DNA of 64,000 bases from Candidatus Omnitrophota bacterium. Its GTDB lineage: Bacteria; Omnitrophota; Gorgyraeia; Gygaellales; Profunditerraquicolaceae. Of the stretch, positions 48,115-57,900 are shown one piece after another. The position numbers and the translations under genes were made by a program. The notes beneath the pieces are model-generated. The model saw nothing but the letters and a program-made list of their open reading frames with translations. It had not been told where the DNA came from and did not search any database. The DNA lies in contig JBAZTA010000002.1 of the NCBI GenBank assembly GCA_041662125.1, positions 140,154 to 204,153 on the forward strand, read 5' to 3'. The first letter of the stretch is position 1. Each line of letters begins with the position of its first letter.

Positions 48115-49014
48115 ATGCGGAATAAGAAAATAGCGGTTTATCTTTTGATGCTTATATTGCTTGGCGGATGCCAGAAAGAAGAAAAAAAAGCGGCCGTCCC
48201 TGATGTCATACCGGTGAAGACGCGGCTGCTTGCCCTGGAGAATATAGAAAAAACTATCGATTACGTAGGAAGTATCAAGGCCAGCGAGGAGGTTTTGGTT
48301 TACCCCAAGGTCAGCGGTAAGATCAGTGAACAAATTTTCCAGGTAGGCAGCAGTGTTGCCAAAGGCCAACCCATCTTTTATATAGACCGGGATGAAGTAG
48401 GCTTGAAGTTTGAGAAAGCTCCGGTGGTAAGTCCTTTGGACGGTGTAGTAGGTAAGGTTTTTATTGATATCGGGGATCATGTTTTACCGCAGAATCCCGT
48501 TGCATTGGTAGTTACTTTGGAAAAAGTGCAGGTTGTTTTGGATATCCCTGAAATATATTTGCCGAAAATATTCCTGGGGCAGGAGGCTGTAATACTCGTT
48601 GATGCCTACCCTGAGCAGAAATTCACGGGTAAAATAACCAAGATCAGCCCGATGGTAAATTTAGAGAATCGCGCAGCGCCGGTGGAGATCACCATCGAGA
48701 ATCCGGGGTATTTGCTTAAATCAGGGATGTTTGTGGAGGTTTCTTTGACGCTTGAAAAACATATCGCTGTGCCGGTGATCTTGAAGGAGTCGATCATCGG
48801 GAAAGAACCGGAGGCGTATGTGTATACGGTAGAAAATAACCTGGCGCGTATGCATAAGGTTGCTTTTGGGATACGCAGGGGCTCTCTGTATGAAGTTACC
48901 AGCGGGTTAAAAGAGGGGGATATGGTTGTGATCGTGGGGCAACAGCGCCTCTATGAGGGGGCTGTGGTAAGTATCGATCAGGGAAATGGCAACGGGAAAG
49001 GAGAAATAAAATGA
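48115..49014 (+). CDS. RND efflux periplasmic adaptor (HlyD/MFP family)
   Basis: A lipoprotein-like N-terminus (LLGGCQ) and biotinyl-lipoyl-like and beta-barrel MFP segments are present. The gene is adjacent to the RND pump. Confidence 0.8.
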   Translation: MRNKKIAVYLLMLILLGGCQKEEKKAAVPDVIPVKTRLLALENIEKTIDYVGSIKASEEVLVYPKVSGKISEQIFQVGSSVAKGQPIFYIDRDEVGLKFEKAPVVSPLDGVVGKVFIDIGDHVLPQNPVALVVTLEKVQVVLDIPEIYLPKIFLGQEAVILVDAYPEQKFTGKITKISPMVNLENRAAPVEITIENPGYLLKSGMFVEVSLTLEKHIAVPVILKESIIGKEPEAYVYTVENNLARMHKVAFGIRRGSLYEVTSGLKEGDMVVIVGQQRLYEGAVVSIDQGNGNGKGEIK

Positions 49015-52000
49015 GATTGCCGGAATTTGGCGTAAAAAAACCCGTTACTAATCTGATGATATTTTCTTCGATCATTATCCTTGCCATGTACAGCCTTTCC
49101 CGTATCGGTATTGACAGCATGCCTAAGATCGAACCGCCGGTGATCACGGTAATTTCTGTTTATCCGGGCGCCAGCCCCGAAGACGTCGAGGCAAAAGTCT
49201 CGGAACCCTTGGAGAACCAGTTGGCTACTACTCCGGGCCTTGAGAAAATAACCTCCAAGTCTTCAGAGGGATCTTCTTTGATCACCATGAAATTCATCTG
49301 GGGGACAAACCTTGACGCTGCCACCAATGATGTGCGCGACCGCATTGAATTAGCCAAACGCTTTTTGCCCGATATCCCTGGTGAAATGGATAATCCCTTT
49401 ATCTATAAATTCAATACTGCAAACATTCCCATTCTTTTTATGGGTATTACCGCTCAGCAGTCATATTCGCAATTAAATGATCTGATCGATAAAAAGGTAG
49501 GCGATGCTATCCGCCAATTACCCGGAGTAGGAACGGTTGAGCTTATCGGAGGCTTGGAGCGCCAGGTCAATGTCTTGCTGGATAAGACCCGCCTGGAAGG
49601 TTACGGGCTTTCTATTCTTGATATCCAGAATATCTTAAAACAGGAAAATATCTCCCAGCCATTAGGCAAGCTTAAAACAGGGTTAACCGATTATCTGATT
49701 CGCCTGCCGGGAGAGTTTCTTGATCCGGAGGAAATAAACACGGTTATCCTGGGTAAACACGACGGGAAAGTGGTGTATTTAAAGGATGTGGCAACGATAG
49801 AAGACGGGTTTAAAGAAGTGACGCTTAATGTCCGCATTAACAGCCGCCCCGGCTTAATGTTAATGATCCAAAAGCAGGCTGATACCAATACGGTTGAAGT
49901 CGCTGCCCGTATTAAAAAGAAGCTTAAAGAATTAGAGAAAACACTGCCTGCTGATGTTGCGATGTTTACTATTTTTGATACCTCGCAGGATATCAATGAC
50001 TCGTTGGATTCTTTAAAGTCTTCAGTCTATTTGGGCATTGGTTTGGTGGTTGTGGTGGTTTGGTTTTTCCTGCGCCAGTTCCTGCCCAGCCTGATCATCG
50101 CCCTTACCATACCGTTCTCTCTTTTGATCGCCTTTATTTATCTTTTTTTAAGCGGAAAGACCATCAATACGATAAGCCTTTCTTCCCTGGCAATTGCCGC
50201 GGGGATGGTCGTCGATAACGCTATTGTTGTTGTCGATAATATATATCGCAAGTTAGACAGAGGCAATAGGCCTACAGAGGCAGCGATATTCGGCACGCAG
50301 GAAATGTTCCTGGCTGTGGCGGCTTCAACTTTAACAACGGTAGTTGTTTTCATGCCTATGCTTTTTATTCCCGGGGTCATCGGTATTATCTTCTCAGAGT
50401 TAGCGGTCATTGTTACGGTGACTCTTCTGGGCTCGCTTTTTACCGCCGTCACATTCAGCCCGATGCTTTGTTCTCAATGGATGAAAACTGTTTATCATGC
50501 CAGGAAAGATAAACGGTTTTTTGACCGCTTCTATGAATTCTCTGAGAATATGTTCCGCTCATGGGAGTCTTTTTACGCGGGCATTTTAAGTTGGTGCCTG
50601 CGCCATAAAAAGACGGTTCTTATCGGGTTTACGGCGGCTTTCTTTGCCACGATGCTCTTAGTGCCTTTTGTAGGCAATGAATTTTCTCCTGAAGAAGATA
50701 CCGGGGATATTCGCCTGACCATTCATCTTCCGTTAGGGACACGCTTTGAAGAATCTAATAAAGTCGGCCAGCGGATAGAAGGGATCCTTAAAAATGATAT
50801 TCCTGAAGCGCGGTTTTATTATGCCCGTACAGGAACAGTAGAAGGCAGAGGCAGGGGAATGGGACAGGTTTCCGGTACAAATATCGTTACCGCGGGGGCC
50901 AAGCTGGTCGTTAAAACAAAACGCAAGCGCTTAGTCTGGGAAATAGCGCAGGACCTGCGTAATAAGATTAAGTCGATCCCCGGTGTCCTTAAAATCGATA
51001 TTCAAACCGGCAATCCCATCGGCAGAATGCTCACCGGTATGGGGGGCAAAGCAGTGCAAATTGAGATCGTCGGAAATTCGTTCTCGCAAACCGATGAGGT
51101 CGCGCAGAGAATAAAAAAGATCATGGAAAAGATCCCCGGTACGGTCGATGTATCGATCTCCCGGGAATTGCAGCTGCCTGAGTTAATGATAGAAGTTGAC
51201 CGGCAGAAAGCGGCAAGCCTGGGGTTGAATATGAATATTATTTCTAATACGCTTAAGACTTGCATTGAAGGTTCGACTGCCAGTAAGTACCGGGAAAAAG
51301 GCGATACCTATGATATTTATGTGCGGCTGCAGGAATCTTCGCGCCAGAATATAGAAGATATTGAGAATTTAACTATAGTTTCTCCTGTTACTCAAAGCCA
51401 GGTGAGGCTCTCGAATATAGCGGTGATCCGTGAGGGAGTCATCCCGCGTGAAATTGAGCGTCAGAACCGTGAGCGGGTGGTCAGGGTAGAATGTAATACC
51501 TATAATCGTTCTACCGGCAAGGTCGTGGAAGACCTGATGCTTGAATTGCGAAAGATCGTCTTGCCTTCGGATATGATGATCAATGTCGGAGGAGAAGCAG
51601 AAGAGCAGAAAAAAGCCTTCCGTGACCTTACCCTGCTTTTATTATTAGGTATCGCGCTGGTGTATATGGTCATGGCAGCGCAATTCGAATCGTTGCTGGA
51701 TCCGTTCATTATCATGTTTTCCATTCCGTTTACTTTTATCGGTGTTATTTTTGGTTTTATTCTTACGGGGACCACATTAAATATCGTAAGTTTCTTGGGA
51801 GCGATCATGCTTATCGGGATCGTTGTTAACAATGCGATCGTATTGATCAGTTATATTATTATTTTACGCGCGCGCGGAGAGTCGATGCATGAAGCGGTGA
51901 CCAATGCCGGAAGGGACAGGTTACGGCCGGTGCTCATGACTACCATTACTACTTTGGTTGGATTATTGCCGCTTGCGATATCAAACGGCGTGGGCTCTGA

Positions 52001-52136
52001 AACCTGGCGCCCGCTGGGTATTACCATGTTCGGGGGGCTTACGGTTTCCACGTTGATCACGATGCTTTTTGTCCCGACGCTCTATGCGGTGTTTCATAGA
52101 AAAAGCGATAGTAAGAAGAATAATAAACATGTTTGA
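49011..52136 (+). CDS. RND (AcrB/HAE1-like) efflux pump
   Basis: It is 1041 aa with 12-TM topology and two large periplasmic loops. AcrB-like blocks AIVVVDN and GSETWRPLG are present. Confidence 0.9.
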   Translation: MRLPEFGVKKPVTNLMIFSSIIILAMYSLSRIGIDSMPKIEPPVITVISVYPGASPEDVEAKVSEPLENQLATTPGLEKITSKSSEGSSLITMKFIWGTNLDAATNDVRDRIELAKRFLPDIPGEMDNPFIYKFNTANIPILFMGITAQQSYSQLNDLIDKKVGDAIRQLPGVGTVELIGGLERQVNVLLDKTRLEGYGLSILDIQNILKQENISQPLGKLKTGLTDYLIRLPGEFLDPEEINTVILGKHDGKVVYLKDVATIEDGFKEVTLNVRINSRPGLMLMIQKQADTNTVEVAARIKKKLKELEKTLPADVAMFTIFDTSQDINDSLDSLKSSVYLGIGLVVVVVWFFLRQFLPSLIIALTIPFSLLIAFIYLFLSGKTINTISLSSLAIAAGMVVDNAIVVVDNIYRKLDRGNRPTEAAIFGTQEMFLAVAASTLTTVVVFMPMLFIPGVIGIIFSELAVIVTVTLLGSLFTAVTFSPMLCSQWMKTVYHARKDKRFFDRFYEFSENMFRSWESFYAGILSWCLRHKKTVLIGFTAAFFATMLLVPFVGNEFSPEEDTGDIRLTIHLPLGTRFEESNKVGQRIEGILKNDIPEARFYYARTGTVEGRGRGMGQVSGTNIVTAGAKLVVKTKRKRLVWEIAQDLRNKIKSIPGVLKIDIQTGNPIGRMLTGMGGKAVQIEIVGNSFSQTDEVAQRIKKIMEKIPGTVDVSISRELQLPELMIEVDRQKAASLGLNMNIISNTLKTCIEGSTASKYREKGDTYDIYVRLQESSRQNIEDIENLTIVSPVTQSQVRLSNIAVIREGVIPREIERQNRERVVRVECNTYNRSTGKVVEDLMLELRKIVLPSDMMINVGGEAEEQKKAFRDLTLLLLLGIALVYMVMAAQFESLLDPFIIMFSIPFTFIGVIFGFILTGTTLNIVSFLGAIMLIGIVVNNAIVLISYIIILRARGESMHEAVTNAGRDRLRPVLMTTITTLVGLLPLAISNGVGSETWRPLGITMFGGLTVSTLITMLFVPTLYAVFHRKSDSKKNNKHV

Positions 52137-52157
52137 TACCGGTAAAGCGAGGCATTT

Positions 52158-52448
52158 ATGAAAATGGTGATGGTTGTTTATAATGAGGCTGTTGATGCTG
52201 AGGTCATGGAAGTCCTGGGGAGTTGCGCGATGAAGAATTATACCAAAGTTATGGGTGTTTTTGGTAAAGGCAGCACTTCGGGAACACATGGCGGAGATGA
52301 TATTTGGCCCGGCAGGAATAATATACTTTATGTTGCCTGTGATGATAAACAGGCAAAGCAGATGGTTTCATGCGTAAAAGAATTAAGGAAAAGCCTTGGT
52401 AAAGAAGGTGTTAAGGCATTCCTCCTGCCTCTGGAAGAAATGACCTGA
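52158..52448 (+). CDS. small PII-like (GlnB-fold-like) protein, hypothetical
   Basis: It is 96 aa with a betaalphabeta-like pattern (MVMVVYNEAVDAEVMEVL...ILYVACDD). It lies immediately downstream of the RND pump. Confidence 0.35.
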   Translation: MKMVMVVYNEAVDAEVMEVLGSCAMKNYTKVMGVFGKGSTSGTHGGDDIWPGRNNILYVACDDKQAKQMVSCVKELRKSLGKEGVKAFLLPLEEMT

Positions 52449-52571
52449 GAGGTCTGTTTTCTAAGCTGTCAGCATATTTTTTCAAATTTTTCATTGAATA
52501 AGGTGTTATTTCGCAGTAGAATATACCTAGATTGTTATTGAGATGGCGAATAAAACCTTAGTGGGGTAGCA

Positions 52572-52996
52572 ATGAAAAAGCTTGTTAAAGTCCAGCAAAA
52601 AGCCAATACGCCTTTTGCTTTAAAGATCAACGATTCCATTATTAAAACTTCAGAAAATACCTCGGTACGGGAAATCGCCAAGATCTTAAAACAAAATAAA
52701 ATAGGCGCGATAATCGTTGAAAGAAACGGTGATCTTGCGGGTATTATTTCAGAACGCGATGTCGTTTGGAGGGTAGTTGCCGAGGATAAGTCTTTGGATG
52801 AGACAAAAGCAAAAGATATTATGACCAGTGATGTAGTGTCTGTTGATCTGGATGATGGTATAGATAAAATCTATGAAATGATGAAAAAAGTCCCTTTCGG
52901 CATCTTCCGGTGCGTAAGGGCGATAAGGTTATCGGTATGGTCTCAAGCAGGGATCTTATGTATCTGCGTAATCTTAAAACTGCTAACACGCCATAG
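52572..52996 (+). pseudogene. CBS-pair domain protein interrupted by a -1 frameshift at an A6 run (52884-52889)
   Basis: Frame A reads ...IDKIYEMMKK and then drifts into nonsense. The -1 frame reads SPFRHLPVRKGDKVIGMVSSRDLMYLRNLKTANTP*, a canonical second CBS motif ending at 52996. Confidence 0.6.
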
Positions 52997-53037
52997 GAAG
53001 TTTCTTTATACTATATCAGCGTGCATCAGAAGGAGTA

Positions 53038-53322
53038 GTGATCATGGCTATTAAAACTATTGAAGTAATATGCAGGCCCTGCCCTAAATGCGAATTCATT
53101 GAAAAAAAAATACGGGAAGTCATAAAGTCACTGGAAATACAATATAAAACCAAGATATTCTTCGAGTTTAAACATACCGAAAACTTAAAAGCCATGCAGC
53201 GTTATAGTTTAAGCCCCGCGCAGGTCCCGGTTGTTCTTATTAATGGCAATGTCGAATTAGCCGGCAGGATTGAGGCCGCGTCAATCAAGACCAAGATGGA
53301 ATCGATCCTCAGGGGGTATTAA
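53038..53322 (+). CDS. small thioredoxin-fold protein (CxxC; redox-active disulfide protein-like)
   Basis: A CPKC motif is near the N-terminus. It is 94 aa with VPVVLINGNVELAGR, typical of the Thioredoxin_3 family. Confidence 0.55.
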   Translation: MIMAIKTIEVICRPCPKCEFIEKKIREVIKSLEIQYKTKIFFEFKHTENLKAMQRYSLSPAQVPVVLINGNVELAGRIEAASIKTKMESILRGY

Positions 53323-53478
53323 AGCCCTTAAGGTATCTTTTTTAGTCCCGCAGTAATTCCTTTTAAGAGAGCAGATGTGCGCGTTTACACTTGACAAAAA
53401 ACAATTTGATTATAAAATATGAGGAAATAATATAGTAAAATTTTACTATTACGTGGGGTTCTCAGGGGTGTTTGAACT

Positions 53479-53742
53479 ATGGAATGGGAAGCGCAGATAC
53501 AGGAAAAATTTATCAGTATTATTGTAAAATTGCCTGTTTTTCACCGGCATATCGCTGAGAGTGCGGTAAGAAAAAAAGCAGAAGAGAACGCGATCACTCG
53601 TCAATCTGCTGTGGTGCAGGAGCATGATGTGATCAGTGCTTTCTTTTCCGATGTTCCCACGCCTTTTTACAGTATGATGGTGCGGTTATTAGAGCAGGCA
53701 GGCCTTGATTATAAGAAATACGGTTTTCCGAAGACAAAATAA
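53479..53742 (+). CDS. small protein with a PCP_red-like (protochlorophyllide reductase subunit C-terminal-like) domain, hypothetical
   Basis: WEAQIQEKFISIIVKLPVFHRHIAESAVRKKAEENA resembles the WxxEAxxxLxxIPxFVR consensus. A TTGACA-containing promoter-like sequence lies upstream at about 53391. Confidence 0.3.
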   Translation: MEWEAQIQEKFISIIVKLPVFHRHIAESAVRKKAEENAITRQSAVVQEHDVISAFFSDVPTPFYSMMVRLLEQAGLDYKKYGFPKTK

Positions 53743-53765
53743 ATAATAATAAAAGGATTTGGCAT

Positions 53766-54776
53766 ATGAAAATAGCAATTATCGGCGGCGGGGCAATTGG
53801 AGGTTTAATAGCGGGATATTTAAAATTTAAAGGTGAAATGGCCTCTTTAATTGTCCGCCCTGAACAGGCCAATGCAATACGGGATAATGGTTTAACCGTG
53901 ACAGGTACGCGGGGCAATATTAAGGTCACTGTCGATGTTTTCGAGAGTTTGCAGGAAACTTTTGATTTGGTAATTTTGACGGTCAAAACACAGGATATAG
54001 TGAAGACAATTAAGCAGAACCTTAAATTTCTGAAAAACAGCACTATCCTGACTATCCAGAATGGTGTCCAGGCGGATATTCTTGTCGCCGAATTGGTGCC
54101 GCGGGAACATATTATCTCAAGTATTGTCATGTTTGGCGCGACCTACGTTGCCCCTGCCCATGTCGCGCAAAATTTTGAAGGCCCCTGGGTTATCGGCAGG
54201 CTTTCCGGTAAACAGGACCAAATACTTCAGGAAGTCTTTCATCTTTTAAAAAAAATGTTTCCTATGGTCATCGGCGAAGATGTCGTAGCAATGAAGTATC
54301 TCAAGATCTTTCTTAACGCGAATAACTGCCTGCCGGCGATATTAGGGATCAGTATTCAAGAAGCTTTTGCCGATATAGAAATAAGCCGGCTTGCAATTAC
54401 CATATGGCGTGAGGGATTGGAAGTTTTTACTCAGGCAGGCATAAAGATGGCTGGTTTGCCTGATTTTCCGGTTGAACGCCTAAAAAGTTTAACTTCGATG
54501 CCGTTGGTTGAATCTTCCAGGATCATGTCTGAAATAATGATTAATTTGAGCAAGGAACCGCTCTATGGTTCCATTCTGCAGAGTATCAAGAGAAACAGGC
54601 CTACAGAAATTGATTATATTAATGGAGAATATGTGCGTGTTGCCCGTAATAAAAAGCTACAGGCTCCCCTGAATGAAAGATTGGTTGAAATGGTGCATTT
54701 GGTTGAACGTACCGGAAAATTCTTTAGTAAGCATCATTTGCTCTCTGATACAAAGAAGTACATCAAGGTCCCGTAA
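53766..54776 (+). CDS. 2-dehydropantoate 2-reductase-family (PanE/ApbA-like) NAD(P)-dependent oxidoreductase
   Basis: The Rossmann motif is MKIAIIGGGAIGG, and FDLVILTVKTQD is present. Confidence 0.75.
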   Translation: MKIAIIGGGAIGGLIAGYLKFKGEMASLIVRPEQANAIRDNGLTVTGTRGNIKVTVDVFESLQETFDLVILTVKTQDIVKTIKQNLKFLKNSTILTIQNGVQADILVAELVPREHIISSIVMFGATYVAPAHVAQNFEGPWVIGRLSGKQDQILQEVFHLLKKMFPMVIGEDVVAMKYLKIFLNANNCLPAILGISIQEAFADIEISRLAITIWREGLEVFTQAGIKMAGLPDFPVERLKSLTSMPLVESSRIMSEIMINLSKEPLYGSILQSIKRNRPTEIDYINGEYVRVARNKKLQAPLNERLVEMVHLVERTGKFFSKHHLLSDTKKYIKVP

Positions 54777-54781
54777 ATTCC

Positions 54782-55387
54782 ATGATACAATCTCCGTTCC
54801 CAAAGTTAAAATTGACTGTCCAAAATGTTTATGGTGAATGTTATCACGGGTATAAAACCGGTGATGAGCTCATTTTAGAGGATTTTACGCATCCTCCGAA
54901 ACATTTTTGTCTGGGATTAGCGCACGCTCTTTTTCCGGTGATCTATGCTTTGAGTTTCGGCGCGAAGTTCCCGTTTATGGAAAATCAACGTTCGCTTTTG
55001 GTAACCTGCCCAGATGGAGGCAAGTTGGAATTCAAAGCGGAAATCCTGGATAAAGAAGGAAACGTTGAGTCGATCCCGAGAGATTTGCAGCATAAAGGGC
55101 CGAATCCGAAGAAGATGGTTATTGAAGTAGTGAAAGCTCCGGGGAAATGTACGTTCGGATATAAGGTTGGTGATACCTGGGAAACTGTTGGATTAAAATG
55201 TATCCCGGGATTTTGCGGGGCCGCGTTTCATACGGCGTTTCCGGCGCTTTTCGCGCTTAATTTCGGCGCCAAATTCTCATTTATGAAGAATCCGGATTCA
55301 ATCAATACGGTTACTTGTCCTGATGGCGGTAGTATCGTTTTTGAGGTCAGAAGAGTAGAGGAAACAAAGCCGCCAGAGTGTAAATGA
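54782..55387 (+). CDS. tandem-repeat Cys/His-rich protein (2 x about 90 aa; TIGR04076-like)
   Basis: Both repeats share CxxGYKxGD...FCxxAxHxxFPxxxALxFGAKFxFMxNxxSxxxVTCPDGG. Repeat 1 is GECYHGYKTGD...TCPDGGKLEF and repeat 2 is GKCTFGYKVGD...TCPDGGSIVF. Confidence 0.45.
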   Translation: MIQSPFPKLKLTVQNVYGECYHGYKTGDELILEDFTHPPKHFCLGLAHALFPVIYALSFGAKFPFMENQRSLLVTCPDGGKLEFKAEILDKEGNVESIPRDLQHKGPNPKKMVIEVVKAPGKCTFGYKVGDTWETVGLKCIPGFCGAAFHTAFPALFALNFGAKFSFMKNPDSINTVTCPDGGSIVFEVRRVEETKPPECK

Positions 55388-56652
55388 AAACTATGGAAAA
55401 ACGACGCGTAGTTATAACGGGCATAGGTGTTATTTCACCCAACGGCATTGGCAAAGAAAATGCCTGGAAGGCATTTATCTCGGGTAAATCAGGCATTAAG
55501 AAAGTGGAAGATTTTGATGTTTCTGTTTTTAATACCAAGATCGCCGCGCAGGTCAAAGATTTTGACCCTTTCGCGCTGGGTTTAACGCACGATGAAGCAG
55601 TGCGTATGGACCGGTATGTGCAATTCGGGGTGGTCGCGGCAAATATGGCGGTTAAGGACAGTAAACTTGATTTTTCGCGGGAAGACCCTGAACGCGTCGG
55701 GGTTTGCCTGGCAAACGCTATTTGCGGCACCAAGTATATGGAAGAAGAATTCGCCCTGGTGACGGATAATGGTAAGAAACCGATTAATCCCGCTTTGGTA
55801 CGGCCTGACCTTTATGACGCGGCAATGTTTAATACTCCCTCAATAGAAATATCCTCGAAATACGGCTTGCGCGGCATATGTGATACGTTGTCTACCGGCT
55901 GTACCGCAGGGACCGATTCCTTAGGGTTTGCTTTAGAGACGATACAGGACGGCCAGCACGATATTATGATCGCCGGGGCAGCGGAAGCGCCTCTGACGCC
56001 GATCACCTTTGGTGCTTTTGATGTCGTAAACGTTTTATCAACGCTCAATGATAATCCTGAAGCAGCAAGCCGCCCTTTTGATAACAAGCGTAACGGCTTT
56101 GTTTTATCAGAAGGCGCGGGTATTTTGATATTAGAGGAACTCAGGCATGCGTTAAAACGTAATGCGACGATTTATTGCGAGGTCCTGGGGTTTGGCACCA
56201 GTTGTAACGCTTTTCATATGACTGATCTCCCCGGGGATGGGACGGCAATGGCTCAGTGCATTAGATTAGCGCTTCTTGATTCGCACGTTAAACCTGAGCA
56301 GATAGATTATATTAACGCGCATGGTTCATCGACGCGCATGAATGATATATTTGAGACAAGTGCTTATAAAATGATTTTCGGCGATTATGCGTATAAATTA
56401 CCTATCAGCTCTCTTAAATCGATGTTCGGCCATCCCTTGGCCGCGGCAAACGCGGTTGAACTTACCATTTGCGCGATGATCTTTCAAAACCACATCCTTC
56501 CTCCGACGATAAACCAGGAGGAAAAAGACCCGTTGTGCGATCTCGATTATATTCCCAACGTCGCGCGCCAGAAAAAAGTCAAAACCATCATTAAAACAAG
56601 CAGCGGTTTTTCAGGGATACATTCTTCTTTAGTCTTGAGGCGGCTGGAATGA
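55384..56652 (+). CDS. beta-ketoacyl synthase (KS-alpha / FabF-like) with a complete Cys-His-His triad
   Basis: The active-site Cys is in TLSTGCTAGTDS. His residues are in FHMTD and INAHGSST. K and H are in KSMFGHPLAAANAVE. Confidence 0.85.
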   Translation: MKTMEKRRVVITGIGVISPNGIGKENAWKAFISGKSGIKKVEDFDVSVFNTKIAAQVKDFDPFALGLTHDEAVRMDRYVQFGVVAANMAVKDSKLDFSREDPERVGVCLANAICGTKYMEEEFALVTDNGKKPINPALVRPDLYDAAMFNTPSIEISSKYGLRGICDTLSTGCTAGTDSLGFALETIQDGQHDIMIAGAAEAPLTPITFGAFDVVNVLSTLNDNPEAASRPFDNKRNGFVLSEGAGILILEELRHALKRNATIYCEVLGFGTSCNAFHMTDLPGDGTAMAQCIRLALLDSHVKPEQIDYINAHGSSTRMNDIFETSAYKMIFGDYAYKLPISSLKSMFGHPLAAANAVELTICAMIFQNHILPPTINQEEKDPLCDLDYIPNVARQKKVKTIIKTSSGFSGIHSSLVLRRLE

Positions 56653-57878
56653 AAAGAATAGCTATTACCGGATTAGGTATTGTTGCTCCTTCTGGTATCG
56701 GAAAACGGCAGTTTTGGGCAAATATTAAATCAGGCAGGCCTTTTGTCAAAGCCATTACGCGTTTCGACGCCTCTCTCTATCCGTCGCGTGTTGCCGGCCA
56801 GATCGATGATCTGGAAAAATATTCGCATGTATCTGAACGGCTTTTAAAGAAGATCGATGTCTTTTCTCATATGGCTTTGATCGCTTCAGAAATGGCTTTG
56901 CAGGATGCCGGTATTGATCTTAAAAATGAGGATCCTAACCTTGTGGGGATATTCCTGGGGAATGCTTTGGGCGGTTGGTTATACGCGGAAACGGAATTGC
57001 GTGACCTTTATATCGAAGGCCGGGAAGGAGTTTCTCCCTATATGGCTTCAGCGTGGTTTCCGGCAGCTCCTCAGGGCCAGGTGTCCATTTATTACGGGAT
57101 CAAAGGCTTTAGTAAAACAGTTGTATCAGACAGAGCTAGTTCTTTGATGGCGTTAGGGTATGCGCGCACTACTTTAGCGAAGAAAAAACTTAATCTTATC
57201 TTGGCAGGAGGTATGGAGGCGCCGGTTACTCCCTATGCTTTATTATGTTGTAATACCTATGGCGCGCTTTCTACGCGTAATGATGATCCGAAAAGCGCCT
57301 ACCGGCCGTTTGATAAAAAACGTTCCGGCTTTGTGATCGCAGAAGGAGCGGGTATTGTTGTTATGGAAGACTTTGACCATGCTCAAGCCCGTAATGCTGC
57401 AATCGCGGCATATATTTGCGGTTTTGGTACGACCTGTGATGGCAAGGACAGGATCCATCCGGATTCAGACGGGAAACAATTAGCCCGCGCTATTACTATA
57501 GCGCTTACTGATGCCGGGGCTTTGCCTGAAGAAATAGATTATATCAGTTTAGACGGCCTTGCGGTCGATGAGTGGGATAATACGGAAATAGCGGCAATAA
57601 AGGAAGTTTTTGGCAAGCATGCCAAGGATATTCCTTTGAGTTGCCCGAAATCGATGTTTGGGAATCTGCTGGGTGCATCGGGCGCGGTTGATCTGATCAC
57701 CACGATTTTAAGTATGGAGCATGATTTAGTTCCTCCGACCATTAATTTGGATGAACCCTTTTACAGCGGATTAAATTTTGTCACGCAAAAAGCGCTCCCG
57801 CATAAGATCAAGAAAGCGTTGATCCTTTCCCGAGGGAGAGGCGGGATCAATTCGGCGTTAATAGTGGAGAAGCCGTAG
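56649..57878 (+). CDS. KS-beta / chain-length-factor-like ketosynthase homologue lacking the catalytic Cys and His
   Basis: It has the same fold and length as the KS but carries ...TVVSDRASS... at the Cys position, ISLDGLAV at the NAHG position and KSMFGNLLG (H to N). Its start is translationally coupled to the KS stop (ATGA overlap). Confidence 0.7.
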   Translation: MKRIAITGLGIVAPSGIGKRQFWANIKSGRPFVKAITRFDASLYPSRVAGQIDDLEKYSHVSERLLKKIDVFSHMALIASEMALQDAGIDLKNEDPNLVGIFLGNALGGWLYAETELRDLYIEGREGVSPYMASAWFPAAPQGQVSIYYGIKGFSKTVVSDRASSLMALGYARTTLAKKKLNLILAGGMEAPVTPYALLCCNTYGALSTRNDDPKSAYRPFDKKRSGFVIAEGAGIVVMEDFDHAQARNAAIAAYICGFGTTCDGKDRIHPDSDGKQLARAITIALTDAGALPEEIDYISLDGLAVDEWDNTEIAAIKEVFGKHAKDIPLSCPKSMFGNLLGASGAVDLITTILSMEHDLVPPTINLDEPFYSGLNFVTQKALPHKIKKALILSRGRGGINSALIVEKP

Positions 57879-57900
57879 GTATAATTCTAAAGGGGGTTTT

